Source: an uncultured Pseudomonadota bacterium (GTDB taxonomy: Bacteria; Oederibacteriota; Muellerivitia; Muellerivitales; Muellerivitaceae). Taken from it: a stretch of 64,000 nucleotides of DNA. The notes beneath the pieces are model-generated. The model had not been told where the DNA came from. It was given only the letters and a program-made list of their open reading frames with translations, and did not search any database. A program made the position numbers and the translations under genes. The stretch lies in the NCBI GenBank assembly GCA_963836235.1, contig CAWIIP010000002.1:1888001-1952000 (forward strand), written 5' to 3'. Below, piece by piece: positions 21,284 to 31,159 of this stretch (the first letter of the stretch is position 1; each line of letters begins with the position of its first letter).

Positions 21284-22576
21284 TTACTCCTTTTCGTTTG
21301 CGGAACCCGGGAGGGTCCCCATCCGGTAATCAAGGTCCGCTAGGGCTTTGCCATAGTCGGACTGTGCCTTGTAGTAAGACTTCAACGTGTCGATGTACAT
21401 GTTGTAGTTGTCCACGAAGTCCGGAAGTTGTATTTCTTCGTTTCGGTAGGCCGCCTGTGTGGCTTTCCATGCCTTTTGCGTTTGTCCCAATAACCCGCCC
21501 TCCTCATACAATTTCCAAAGCCGCCAGGCCGATTGGGCGCTCACGAAGGCTTCCTCGACCATGTGGGTGGCCTCGTCCTTGGCCCCCGTCAATTCGTACC
21601 GGGAGGCTTCCACCTGGTCATTGGCCTGGTCGGTGGCCTGGGTTTGCTTGAGGGGAAAGAAAAGCGGGACGCTCACGTCCACCCTGAACCCCCAATAGGA
21701 AAAACCGGTGTCTTCGGGATTCCGGGTGCCGGAAAGGGCCACCGTGAAATCCGGCAAGTGGCTTAACACCGCCACATGCGCCTCGGCCCCGGCTTTATCC
21801 AGGTCCCTTTCGGCCTCTGCCACCATGGGATTATGATCCATGGCGGTTTGAACCAGGTCTTGAACCGTCCCGGCCAGGGGAGGCAAGGCGGGTATTTCCT
21901 TCAGGGTGTAAGCCGTCCCATGAGGCAGGCTGAAGAGGTGGTTGAAGTTGGCCCTTGAGACTTCCAAATCCTGGCTGACGGTGAAAAGATCGTTGGTGGT
22001 GTTCGCCATTTCCATCTGCGCCCGGACGGTCTTCATGGAAAGCCATTGGCCCGTCAGTTCACGGGACTTCAATGCCTGGCTTAAGGATTCCCATTGGCTT
22101 TGGGACCCGGCCAGAACCTCGTAAACCTTTTGCCGGTAGTAAAAATCCCAAAAGGCTTGCCGGGTCTGGAGCAGGATCGTCCGGCGCGTATCTTGGGCCA
22201 GCGCCTGTTTTTTTCCGGTTTCGGCCTTGTCCACATCCAGCTGGGCAAGGCTTTTTCCCGGAAAGCCGAGGTTTTCCTCCACCTGCCACATACTCATATC
22301 GGGGAAAGTATCGTCGACCATGAAGGTGGGATCGGCGGGGGCCAGGGTTTGAAGATTTTGTTTTCCCGCCGCCTCCACCCGTTTGTCCGCCGCGCGGATA
22401 TGGGGGTTTCCTTCCAGGGCCATTTCTTCCGCTTTGGGAAGGGTGATTTCAATGGTGGCGGGGGCGGTTGAACCGATCTCCATACCGGCCATATCGGCGG
22501 CCCCTAAGGGTTCCGAAAGCCCAAGGGCGGCTAAGAAGAGGGTTGGGTAAATCAAATTTGAATTTTTCACGGGCAT
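21284..22576 (-). CDS. TolC/CusC-family outer-membrane efflux protein
   Basis: Signal peptide, helical OEP repeats, VSVPLFF; first gene of the tripartite efflux set. Confidence 0.85.
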   Translation of the reverse strand: MPVKNSNLIYPTLFLAALGLSEPLGAADMAGMEIGSTAPATIEITLPKAEEMALEGNPHIRAADKRVEAAGKQNLQTLAPADPTFMVDDTFPDMSMWQVEENLGFPGKSLAQLDVDKAETGKKQALAQDTRRTILLQTRQAFWDFYYRQKVYEVLAGSQSQWESLSQALKSRELTGQWLSMKTVRAQMEMANTTNDLFTVSQDLEVSRANFNHLFSLPHGTAYTLKEIPALPPLAGTVQDLVQTAMDHNPMVAEAERDLDKAGAEAHVAVLSHLPDFTVALSGTRNPEDTGFSYWGFRVDVSVPLFFPLKQTQATDQANDQVEASRYELTGAKDEATHMVEEAFVSAQSAWRLWKLYEEGGLLGQTQKAWKATQAAYRNEEIQLPDFVDNYNMYIDTLKSYYKAQSDYGKALADLDYRMGTLPGSANEKE

Positions 22577-22655
22577 CACTCCTTTTGTTTGCGGACGCAA
22601 ATAAGCCACGGATGGATTCTTTTGAACCCATCGACGCAACATCAAAAGGAATGAA

Positions 22656-23006
22656 TCAGATTCTTAGGACGGCAGAACTTCGGGGAGGAGACTCCACAAC
22701 GGCGGGAACCACACTAAAGCGAACCGCAAATAAAAATCGCGGTTGAAAAACTTTGGTCGTGACCATTGAGGAGGCCACCACTGGAAGATGAACCACGGAC
22801 GGCGTGACCGTCGACTGGTTCATGACCTTGCACATCGGATTCATGGGTTTGGAGGAATGGCAGCAATTCATCGGAGTGGTCATGTGCCGCATGGAGCAAA
22901 CCGTCACGGAAGGGGACAGTTGCTGGCAAGCGTCGCAGGGGGACAAGACTAACAGGACCCCCAAGACCAAAAGGCTTCGACGAATGATCGAGAAGAACTT
23001 TTCCAT
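22656..23006 (-). CDS. Small Cys/Met/His-rich protein leading the cus operon
   Basis: N-terminal TM/signal; CSMRHM..MNCCH...C; C-terminal SPP...VLRI typical of metal-efflux leader proteins. Confidence 0.65.
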   Translation of the reverse strand: MEKFFSIIRRSLLVLGVLLVLSPCDACQQLSPSVTVCSMRHMTTPMNCCHSSKPMNPMCKVMNQSTVTPSVVHLPVVASSMVTTKVFQPRFLFAVRFSVVPAVVESPPRSSAVLRI

Positions 23007-23176
23007 GAATGAATCCTACGCCTTTTACCCCGAAATGGCAAATCGGCTTCTTATTTACCGCCCTCAGCCTAAGGGAAAGGTTGGAAGGCCAATATGATCT
23101 ATATCAAGTTGGGACGGGAGCCCGGCTTCGGATGGTTATTTAACTGCCAGCAGGCCTTTGGAATTCCTAGAAAGAC

Positions 23177-23794
23177 CTACCTTTTGGTTAACACGCAAAA
23201 GAACGAAAAGGGCTGGCGGGGGCCGTGGAAGACACCTTCTTTGAGGTCTTCCAATTCAAAATCATTTTCGAAAAGCTCCTGAATTTCCTCGGGCGTAAAA
23301 CGGTAGGGCCCGAAGCCCGCGGGCATCTTGAAGCTGAAGACCTTCAAGGTCAGCACGCCGCCTTTTATTAAAAGCCCAGCCACCGTCCGGCGGTAATCGT
23401 CCCAATCCTTGGAAGGCAGGGTGTGGAAGCAACCGCGGTCATGGACCAAAAGGGCGTCGCCCGTTTTGGGAAGGGTTAGAACGTCGGTAGTGAGGAACTT
23501 GATCTTGCCTTCGACCCCCGCTTTCCGGGCGGTTTTGTGGGCCAGGGCGATCGCCGATTCGGCGATATCCACGGCGGTGACCTTCCAACCTTGTTGAGTG
23601 AGGTAAGCGGCGTCGTTGCCGGGCCCGCAGCCCAGGTCGTAGGCGATGCCGGGGGGAACGGAAACCGTTTCAAGCAGGTCCCGAAGGTCGCTATCCACGC
23701 TCTCCGCGTTCCAGGGCAATTCGGAAGGCGGGGTCTTTTGGTAAGTGGCTTCCCAGGACTCGTGCGGCCCAGTGGTGCCATGGTATTCGGTCAT
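23177..23794 (-). CDS. Class I SAM-dependent methyltransferase (TPMT/TehB-like)
   Basis: LPW, DLGCGPGNDA, VTAVDIAESAI, DRGCFH, GPYRFT. Confidence 0.9.
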   Translation of the reverse strand: MTEYHGTTGPHESWEATYQKTPPSELPWNAESVDSDLRDLLETVSVPPGIAYDLGCGPGNDAAYLTQQGWKVTAVDIAESAIALAHKTARKAGVEGKIKFLTTDVLTLPKTGDALLVHDRGCFHTLPSKDWDDYRRTVAGLLIKGGVLTLKVFSFKMPAGFGPYRFTPEEIQELFENDFELEDLKEGVFHGPRQPFSFFCVLTKR

Positions 23795-23919
23795 AAGTGG
23801 CTCCTCGTGTTGGAAAAGTTTACCGCTTTTTTTTTCGGAATATAAAAAAATATTTACTGCCTTGAGATTGGGCTGACTCCATCCTTAAAATCCTTCGAAG
23901 AAGAGCTAAGGGGGGCGTA

Positions 23920-24870
23920 ATGAAAATGCGTGAACTGGGGAAATCCGGCATCGAAGTGGCGCCTTGGGCTCTGGGGGGCAACGTCTTCGGTTGGACGGCG
24001 GACGAGGCGGCTTCTTTCGATATTTTGTACGCCTTCGTGGATGCGGGGTTCAACCTGATCGACACGGCGGACACCTATTCGCGCTGGATTCCGGGCCACG
24101 TGGGAGGCGAATCGGAAAGCGTCATCGGCAAATGGTTCAAGCAAAGCGGGATGCGGAACAAAGTGGTCATCGCCACCAAGGTTGGCATGGACATGGGGGA
24201 CGGGAAAAAGGGCCTAGCCAAACGCTACATCCTGAAAGAAGTGGAAGATTCCCTAAAGCGCTTGCAGACCGACCATATCGACCTCTACCAGTCCCACCAG
24301 GACGATCCGGAAGTTCCCCTGGAAGAAACCCTGGACGCCTACGCACAGCTGGTGAAGCAGGGAAAGGTGCGGGCCATCGGCGCCTCCAACTATAAGGCCG
24401 GGCGGCTGTACCAAGCCTTGACCGTCAGCAAGAAGTTGGAGATTCCCCGTTACGAATGCCTTCAGCCCCACTACAACCTTTACGAGCGGGAAGACTACGA
24501 GACCCTTTTGGAGCCCTTGATTCGGGACAAGAACATCGGAGTGATTCCTTATTTTTCTTTGGCGGCGGGGTTCCTGACCGGCAAGTACCGCTCGGAAGCG
24601 GACTTAACCAAGAGCCCCCGGGGCGGGGGAATGAAAAAATATATGAACGACCGGGGGTTCCGCATCCTGGCGGCCCTGGACGAGGTGGCGAAGAACCTTA
24701 GTTCCACCCCCGCGCGGGTTGCCCTGGCTTGGCTGATCGCCCGGCCCGGTATTACCGCCCCCATCGCCAGCGCCACCAACCTGGAACAATTCAAGGACCT
24801 GCTGGAGGGGACGAAGCTGGAGATGGACCCCGCCATGATCGAGAAACTCAACCAGGCCAGCGGTTATTAA
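23920..24870 (+). CDS. Aldo/keto reductase
   Basis: LGGNVFGW, IDTADTYS, VIATKVG, SLKRLQTDHIDLYQSH, GKVRAIGASN, LAAGFLTGKY. Confidence 0.95.
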   Translation: MKMRELGKSGIEVAPWALGGNVFGWTADEAASFDILYAFVDAGFNLIDTADTYSRWIPGHVGGESESVIGKWFKQSGMRNKVVIATKVGMDMGDGKKGLAKRYILKEVEDSLKRLQTDHIDLYQSHQDDPEVPLEETLDAYAQLVKQGKVRAIGASNYKAGRLYQALTVSKKLEIPRYECLQPHYNLYEREDYETLLEPLIRDKNIGVIPYFSLAAGFLTGKYRSEADLTKSPRGGGMKKYMNDRGFRILAALDEVAKNLSSTPARVALAWLIARPGITAPIASATNLEQFKDLLEGTKLEMDPAMIEKLNQASGY

Positions 24871-24890
24871 GTTCACTTGTTTAAAGCGAT

Positions 24891-25313
24891 TCAAAAAGAA
24901 ACGTTGCCCGAGTTTCTCACTTTCATGACCGATTCCTGGTCGAATTTTTTTTTATAAGCGTCGATGATTTCCTGGATGGCTTGGTCGGCTTGAGAGCTGT
25001 CCGGGTGGATCAAAAGCAGAACCTTGGTTTTTTCCTTTCCCACCCGCCCGTTCTTGCTACGCCATTGGCCCTTGGCGTCCCAAACCGTGAGCCCCTCGGG
25101 AAAGCGGGGCGTGACGACCGAGTTTAAAAAGGAATTCCATTCGGGGTCGGTCACCGGCCCCTTGTCGGTGCTGGTCCCAAAATAAAGGGTGTCGGAAACC
25201 ATGGGCGAAGCGGAGGAAATACTGTCGGCTTTTAGGGAAGCTTTTGTGGGGGCGCAGGCGGGGAGGAGAAGGCCGCCGAGGAGAAGAAAAAGGAGGAAGA
25301 ATTTGGGGCTCAT
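24891..25313 (-). CDS. DUF3574-like lipoprotein
   Basis: Lipobox LLPAC; TLYFG, VTPRFPEGLTVWDAKGQW, YKKKFDQESV. Confidence 0.8.
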   Translation of the reverse strand: MSPKFFLLFLLLGGLLLPACAPTKASLKADSISSASPMVSDTLYFGTSTDKGPVTDPEWNSFLNSVVTPRFPEGLTVWDAKGQWRSKNGRVGKEKTKVLLLIHPDSSQADQAIQEIIDAYKKKFDQESVMKVRNSGNVSF

Positions 25314-25625
25314 GGAATGATTCCTGACTTTAGAAGTTTCGAATTTTGAATCTTTTTTTGAAAGATCTTTAAGAAGTTTAAAATTTCCATTGGCGAGGGC
25401 TATTTTCTTTGCGTGAGACCATTTCTTGATTTGACATTCTCTTTTATGGGCGCTGGTTCGGTCCGGATGCGATTCAGAATAAATCAATTCGCCCGCGCCG
25501 AAAATGTAAGTGGTTCGAGTGCTTGATTTTAGACCGTGCTCAGCTTCGCGACGGTCCAGGTGATCGGTGATCCCGGTGTAAAGCCTGCCATCCAACATTT
25601 TTAGAATGTAAAGGTAGTAATTCAT
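25314..25625 (-). CDS. GIY-YIG nuclease (UPF0213/YhbQ-like), in frame with the DUF3574 gene and lacking its own stop
   Basis: YLYILKMLDGRLYTGIT..LDRR...H, RECQIKKWSHAKK. Confidence 0.8.
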
Positions 25626-25670
25626 CGTTTCAAATAAAAAAGAGTTCCTTTCGGAACTCTTGGTGGTAGC

Positions 25671-25703
25671 AGCCCCTCGACAAGCTCGGGGCATTCGATG
25701 CCC
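25671..25703. repeat. REP-like palindromic unit
   Basis: AGCCCCTCGACAAGCTCGGGGCA; related copy (19/23) on the opposite strand at 55080-55102. Confidence 0.55.
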
Positions 25704-25772
25704 CGTGATGGCCTGCCATGAGTAAGCCCAGCCCCACTTTATTTTTTAGATAAAGAGGGCGGGCGCATCGAA

Positions 25773-25847
25773 TGGCTCCCCGGGTTGGACTCGAACCAAC
25801 AACCCTGCGATTAACAGTCGCATGCTCCACCATTGAGCTACCGGGGA
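25773..25847 (-). tRNA. tRNA-Asn(GTT)
   Basis: Cloverleaf TCCCCGG...CTGTTAA...GTTCGAGT...CCGGGGAGCCA, 75 nt. Confidence 0.96.
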
Positions 25848-26026
25848 ATTTTCCCGAAAACACGGGAGGTTTAAATTGTGAAATGATAATAAAAACCCCC
25901 AAAAACCAAGGGCTTTCGGGGGAACGATAGTCTAAACCACTCCTAATAAATGTCAAGATTTGGAAACCCGGAAAGGCCGTCAAAAGCTGACTTATTCGGC
26001 GGTTCTGTTGTTGAAATGAAATACCG

Positions 26027-27061
26027 CTAGCCGGTTGTGCCATTGCCCCAAGGGTTGAAGTCCATTCCTTCTGTTAGCTCGGGGTTCTTGCCGGACCGGA
26101 AAGCCTCAATCATTAAGTCCTCGTAGCGCTCGTCTTCAACCTTCTTCGTCTTGCCTGTTTGCTCCATCCAGGCGAATTGGCGCTTCCAGGTTTCCACGAG
26201 AGGAACGGTGGTCTTGAAGTCGAGGTCCCGCTTGGCTTTGGAGTTGTCGAAGATGGAAGGATATTGGTAGATGTATTTAATTCCCATGGCCCGGCGCGGG
26301 GTCTGGGCGTAAAGCCAGTCGGTGGGGATATGGACGGGGTTGAACTTGCCGCCGACGGCTTTGGCCATTTCGGCGTAAACGCCGTCCCAGGTGGTGTGCT
26401 CGTCGCTGGTGACGTGATAGGCCTGGCCATAGGCCTTGGGGTTCAAAAGGGAATTTACGAAGGCCCGGCCCACGTCGGACACATGGGCCACGGCCCAGGC
26501 GGCCTTGCCCTCATCCATGACGATCACCGGCAAGCCTTGTTTCAGGCGGTTCGGAAGGCTGTTGTCGAAAAGCAGGCCCGGATATTCGGCGCCTTCGCCT
26601 GTGGTATAAGAAGGACGGATAATCGTGGTGTAAAGACCGTCTTTTCCGTTGGCCTGGAGTAAGGTGGATTCGATCTTGGACTTATTCTTTCCATATTCTC
26701 CCACGGGCCGGTGGGGCTCGTCGTCGGTGGCGGGAAGCTTGGTCATGGGGCCGCCATAGACGCAAACGGTGGAACAAACCACCAGGTGCTTGGCCCGGCC
26801 CGTAAAGGCCCTCAAGAGGGAGTCGGCGTTCTCGGGGGCGAAGGCCACCATGTCGATGACCGCGTCCATTTTCACTTCTTTCATCTGGTTCTCGAAGGCG
26901 GGATAGTCCCAGCGGTTGCCCTTGATTTCCTTGACGGTTTTAGGAATGCGCCAGGGGGTCACCCCCCGGTTATAGACCGTCACCTCGTCGCCCCGCTCCA
27001 CCAATTGGTTGACAATGGCCGTGGAAATGAGGCCTGTGCCGCCGATTAAAAGTATTTTCAT
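26027..27061 (-). CDS. NAD-dependent epimerase/dehydratase family protein
   Basis: GGTGLIS, STVCVYG, YGKNK, IIRPS. Confidence 0.9.
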   Translation of the reverse strand: MKILLIGGTGLISTAIVNQLVERGDEVTVYNRGVTPWRIPKTVKEIKGNRWDYPAFENQMKEVKMDAVIDMVAFAPENADSLLRAFTGRAKHLVVCSTVCVYGGPMTKLPATDDEPHRPVGEYGKNKSKIESTLLQANGKDGLYTTIIRPSYTTGEGAEYPGLLFDNSLPNRLKQGLPVIVMDEGKAAWAVAHVSDVGRAFVNSLLNPKAYGQAYHVTSDEHTTWDGVYAEMAKAVGGKFNPVHIPTDWLYAQTPRRAMGIKYIYQYPSIFDNSKAKRDLDFKTTVPLVETWKRQFAWMEQTGKTKKVEDERYEDLMIEAFRSGKNPELTEGMDFNPWGNGTTG

Positions 27062-27324
27062 GAATTTCCTCCGGCGGCCATTTTAAACCGGCCCGGGGTT
27101 TCTGGGCGAGAAACATTGTCCAGGACGGAGTGTGGATTCGGCAAAAATGTTCGCCGCCGAACAGGGCCCACCGAAAATCACGGAAATTTTAAATTTTTTT
27201 GGGCGGAGTTGAGTCGACTTATGAAATTCCAAGTAAAATCCCTTTTTTAAGAGGGAGTGGACTTGAAAGGCAAGTGAAGGCCCGTCCATAATACCGGCAG
27301 ATTCGGCTAGCTTTGAGGAAAACC

Positions 27325-27858
27325 ATGCAGCATATCTCCGTAACCACTTCGGCCCATCCGCAACACAAAGACATTACCCTGCTCGCGGTCAAAGGCTTCC
27401 TCGACACCAATACCGCGCCGGAATTTGAGAAGGCCTTCCAATCGGTTTTAGCTGAAAAAAAGTTCAACCTCATCATCGACCTGAGGGAAACCAGCTACAT
27501 CAGCAGCGCGGGCTGGGGCATTTTCGTCGGAGAGATCAAAAGGATCCGGACCCAAAAGGGGGACCTCTTCCTTGTTTCCATGAGCCCGGAAGTAACGGAC
27601 GCCTACGAACTGCTGCAGTTCAACACCATTTTGAAATCCTTCCCGAACGTGGAACAGGCGATGGAAAAAGGATTTAAAAGATCCCGGGGAAAAAAGAGCG
27701 TCGAGAAACCGGTGGAAGCGGCTCCTGAAAATACCCCGGAGGAAAATAGCTACAAGAAAAACAGGATCGAAATGGACTTTGACGAACCCCTGGTGGAAAA
27801 GGGCCCGCAGAAGTCCCATTGGTTTTTGAGAATTCTCAAACCCTGGACCTGGTTTTAA
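27325..27858 (+). CDS. STAS-domain anti-sigma-factor antagonist with C-terminal extension
   Basis: VKGFLDTNTAPEF, IDL..TSYISSAGWG. Confidence 0.85.
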   Translation: MQHISVTTSAHPQHKDITLLAVKGFLDTNTAPEFEKAFQSVLAEKKFNLIIDLRETSYISSAGWGIFVGEIKRIRTQKGDLFLVSMSPEVTDAYELLQFNTILKSFPNVEQAMEKGFKRSRGKKSVEKPVEAAPENTPEENSYKKNRIEMDFDEPLVEKGPQKSHWFLRILKPWTWF

Positions 27859-27918
27859 TCCATCGGATCCGGTAAAAGTTCCTCATCCTATCAATGATTG
27901 ATTTAAAAGAAGGACCGC

Positions 27919-28905
27919 ATGGCTTTGTTTAACCCCCTCTCATCCTTGTTCCGAAAAGACTCGAATTATTTGGCCGAATATAAGCGGTTTGAAAAGGCCA
28001 TCGAGCACAATCCCGGCGACGCGGGGCTCAAAACCCAATTCATCAAATTCTGCCTGCTGAACCGTTTTACGAAACGGGAAGTCATGGAAGAGCATATCGC
28101 CGAAGCCTTAGGGCTGTTTGAAACCATCGAAAACGCCGAGGCCTTCGACCTAGAATGCCATTACCTGGTCGGAAAGTATTACCAGGAAAACAAGGATTTC
28201 CGTAAGGCCTACCTGACTTACCTCAATGCCATCAAGCGTTTTAATACCCAGGTCGGAAAAAATCCCGACCTGAAAGGCGACAACGTGGAATTGGCCTATT
28301 CCATCGCCTTGAACCTTTTGACCCTTCAGGCCAATCCTATTGATCCGGAAGTGGAAAAGTGTTTTAAGAATATCCGCAAATCCTATCCCCTTCACGTCAA
28401 GCGCATTGAATTGGAAAATGAAATGGCGAAGCCGGCGCCTGACCGGGTACGCCTCCACCAATTGACCGAGGAAGTCCGAAAGCTGCGGGCGGAGGAGGAG
28501 AAGGAAAATTTGGCCATCGTGGTCAGCCAGGAAGCCGATTCTGTGGAGACGGAACCCATGGCCCAAAGCCCCGCCCCCAAACCGGCTGAAAAAGAGGATA
28601 TTTTGACCAAGCTATTCAGGGTTCCTTCCCCCTTTTCCAAGGAATGGGTTAACCAGCCCCCCAAAATTAAGGTTATCCAGGAGGAAAAAGATGATTTCTT
28701 TAAAATGTCCCCGCTGCCCGAATTGTCCGACTCGGTTTCCTCTTTCATGGTTTTTCGGAACAATGATTGGGAAGGCCCCTACAACCTTTCGCAACTGCGC
28801 TCCATGGGACCCTTGGATCCGACGACCTGGGTTTGCCGGGTAGGAAGCCAGCTGGTGACCCAGGCTTACGAGACGTCCGATCTTCATCCGCTGATTCTTC
28901 TGTAA
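27919..28905 (+). CDS. TPR-like protein with C-terminal GYF_2/DUF4339-like domain
   Basis: Helical repeats (CHYLVGKYY...KAY..YLNAI); C-terminal WEGPYNLSQL...LDPTTWVCR. Confidence 0.6.
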   Translation: MALFNPLSSLFRKDSNYLAEYKRFEKAIEHNPGDAGLKTQFIKFCLLNRFTKREVMEEHIAEALGLFETIENAEAFDLECHYLVGKYYQENKDFRKAYLTYLNAIKRFNTQVGKNPDLKGDNVELAYSIALNLLTLQANPIDPEVEKCFKNIRKSYPLHVKRIELENEMAKPAPDRVRLHQLTEEVRKLRAEEEKENLAIVVSQEADSVETEPMAQSPAPKPAEKEDILTKLFRVPSPFSKEWVNQPPKIKVIQEEKDDFFKMSPLPELSDSVSSFMVFRNNDWEGPYNLSQLRSMGPLDPTTWVCRVGSQLVTQAYETSDLHPLILL

Positions 28906-28969
28906 GGAACCCCCCGTGCGGGAGATTAGGCGATGAAATTAATGGTTCTCTTGTCATCTTGGAGAATAT

Positions 28970-31159
28970 CTAAGTAGAACCCAGCCACTGCTTCCATGCC
29001 CGCAAAAGATAATACTCGTTATAAGGCAGGTCATTCGTGATCTCGATGGATTGGTCGGGGTTCAAAAGGGTTGAAAAATCCAACTCCCGTGAAAGCAGGG
29101 CTTGGACCACCTCATGGGGTTTATAGCTGGAGAACCATTCCATCAAATCGCGTTCAGCCGCCGGCGGCATTTTGTCCAGCAGTTGATCCGCCGATAGGCT
29201 TGGAAGGGGGGAAGAGGATGCCAGCAAGTGATAACCCAATCCGTCCGGAGAGTAGAAGGCCCTGACATAAGGAAAAACCCGGGAAATGGATCGGGCCGCC
29301 GCTTGAATGGTTTGAGCTTCCCCGGTTAGCACCCATTGTTGAAGGATACCTCCGGGATTCAAACGAGATTTCGCCGACTCATAAAATTCGGTCGAGTAAA
29401 GGAGACTCGATCCCGCGGCTTCCAGAGGGGGAGGCGGGTCGATGGTAATCACGTCGAAGGATTCGGTACTCCGGTGGAGAAAGCGGGTTCCATCGTCCAC
29501 CACCAGGCTCGCGTGAGGGGAAGAAGCCACTTTTTCCGCGTCCTCGAAGTAAAAACCGAAGGATTTTAAAACACTGGGCACCAGTTCAACCGCCGTGACC
29601 CGGATGCCCCAACTGGAGAGGGAACGGAAGGTGGTTCCCATTCCAAAACAAATGTCCAGGGCGGACCGGGGAGGGACGGCAAGAAAAGCCATCGGAAGAT
29701 GGGCCATCATTTTGGTTTCCTGGGTCAAAACCGTGAGGCCGATGCCATTGACGAACAGCTGTTTTCCCATCCCTTGGCCGAAACAAACCACTGTCGCGGC
29801 GTAATCCCTGCGAAGAACCCGGCGGGAATCACCGGAGTCCAATCCTTCCTCATATCCCACGGTCCAAAAAAGGGTAAGGGTTGCGAGGGAAAGGCCCAAC
29901 CCGGCGGAAACGAGGGTTGAAGGTCTCCGAGAATCCCCGCGAAAAAAATCCCTCAAGAAAAAGAAGCCAAAGGGCAGGGCTAGAAGCAGCATGGAATTCT
30001 TGGCGCCAAGCCAGGGTAACAGCAGGTAGGAAGCCGCCAGAGGACCCAGGATGCAGCCCAAAACATTTATCGCGTAAGCCCGGCCAGCTTCTCGGGGGCG
30101 GCCCAGCGAAAAACGGTCGATAAGCCGGGGCGTAAGGTATCCCAAAGAGGCGCAGAGGGGAGCGATACTCCCCAGGACACCCGCGACGGAAACATGGATC
30201 CGGGGATCGTTGACGGCGGCGGTCAAGCAGGCAGAGGCGAAAGCCAGGCCTAAAAGAGTGTGGCTGGAGCCCAGAGACCCTTTTCGCAAATGCCGTCGGT
30301 AAAGAATCGAGCCCAAATAAGTGGAAAGCAGGTAGGTTCCCAAGAGAGCGGAGAAGGAATAAACCTGGGTTCGGAGGATGATCGTAAAGGCTCGTGTCCA
30401 AACCACTTCCAAGGCCATGGAGCAAAAACCGGTCAGGAAAAGCAAGGGCAATATCGGCGCGGAAATTTCTCCGGCCAGACTTTCACGGATATCGAGAAAG
30501 GGGGGATTGGGTAGGCTGAGAGCTCTGTCGCGGCCCGACAGGACCCAGCTTCCCAGGGTGAGGGCGAAATTCAACAGGGCCGCCGAAACCAGCGTGGCCC
30601 GGAACCCTAAAACTTCAATGAGAACCATGGCTGTCACAACCGTTCCCGCCAAGGCTCCCAGTACATTGGCGGTGTAAAGAAAGCTGAAGCTATATTGAGG
30701 GTTTTTTTGCCCCCGGGAAAGATAGGCCATCATGAGGGGGAAGGTCGCCCCCATGCAAAAACACCAGGGTAGGAGGGATATCAGGATGACCAGCGCCGAT
30801 ACAAGGAGATAGCCCGTCGAATCCATAGCCCCCAGGGGAAGAAGAAACCTTTCTCCTGCCGAGAAAAGGACAGGCACCAGGAAAGCCCCTAGACCGATAA
30901 AAAACTCCGCCAGTCCGTAAAGGCGCAGGAAAAGAGCCGGTCGAAAAAGATCTCCCCGGCCTGAGACCCAGCTCCCTCCGCACCAAGAGCCCAATGCCAG
31001 TCCGGCCATGAATACGGAAATCACGACCGATAGGACGGGAGTGTTGATACCGAAAGAGGCGTAAGCCAGCCGGGTCCAGACCACTTGATAAAGAAGGCTG
31101 CAAAAACCGGAAATGAAAAAGAAGATGAAAAGCGGTTTTGAAATGGAAGAAGATTTCAA
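28970..31159 (-). CDS. Fused MFS-like membrane / spermidine-synthase-like protein
   Basis: SGFCSLLYQVVWTR twice, LYTANVLGALAG, ICFGMGTT, VELVP, DDG..FL, DVITIDPPPP. Confidence 0.88.
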   Translation of the reverse strand: MKSSSISKPLFIFFFISGFCSLLYQVVWTRLAYASFGINTPVLSVVISVFMAGLALGSWCGGSWVSGRGDLFRPALFLRLYGLAEFFIGLGAFLVPVLFSAGERFLLPLGAMDSTGYLLVSALVILISLLPWCFCMGATFPLMMAYLSRGQKNPQYSFSFLYTANVLGALAGTVVTAMVLIEVLGFRATLVSAALLNFALTLGSWVLSGRDRALSLPNPPFLDIRESLAGEISAPILPLLFLTGFCSMALEVVWTRAFTIILRTQVYSFSALLGTYLLSTYLGSILYRRHLRKGSLGSSHTLLGLAFASACLTAAVNDPRIHVSVAGVLGSIAPLCASLGYLTPRLIDRFSLGRPREAGRAYAINVLGCILGPLAASYLLLPWLGAKNSMLLLALPFGFFFLRDFFRGDSRRPSTLVSAGLGLSLATLTLFWTVGYEEGLDSGDSRRVLRRDYAATVVCFGQGMGKQLFVNGIGLTVLTQETKMMAHLPMAFLAVPPRSALDICFGMGTTFRSLSSWGIRVTAVELVPSVLKSFGFYFEDAEKVASSPHASLVVDDGTRFLHRSTESFDVITIDPPPPLEAAGSSLLYSTEFYESAKSRLNPGGILQQWVLTGEAQTIQAAARSISRVFPYVRAFYSPDGLGYHLLASSSPLPSLSADQLLDKMPPAAERDLMEWFSSYKPHEVVQALLSRELDFSTLLNPDQSIEITNDLPYNEYYLLRAWKQWLGST

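Noticed and set aside
13231-23287. Methyltransferase-end repeats as DGR template/variable repeats or integron attC sites
   Set aside because: Mismatches are not confined to adenines, there is no reverse transcriptase or integron integrase in the window, and the repeats lack attC dyad symmetry
25630-26043. 137-aa ORF spanning tRNA-Asn
   Set aside because: Translates through the tRNA gene; spurious
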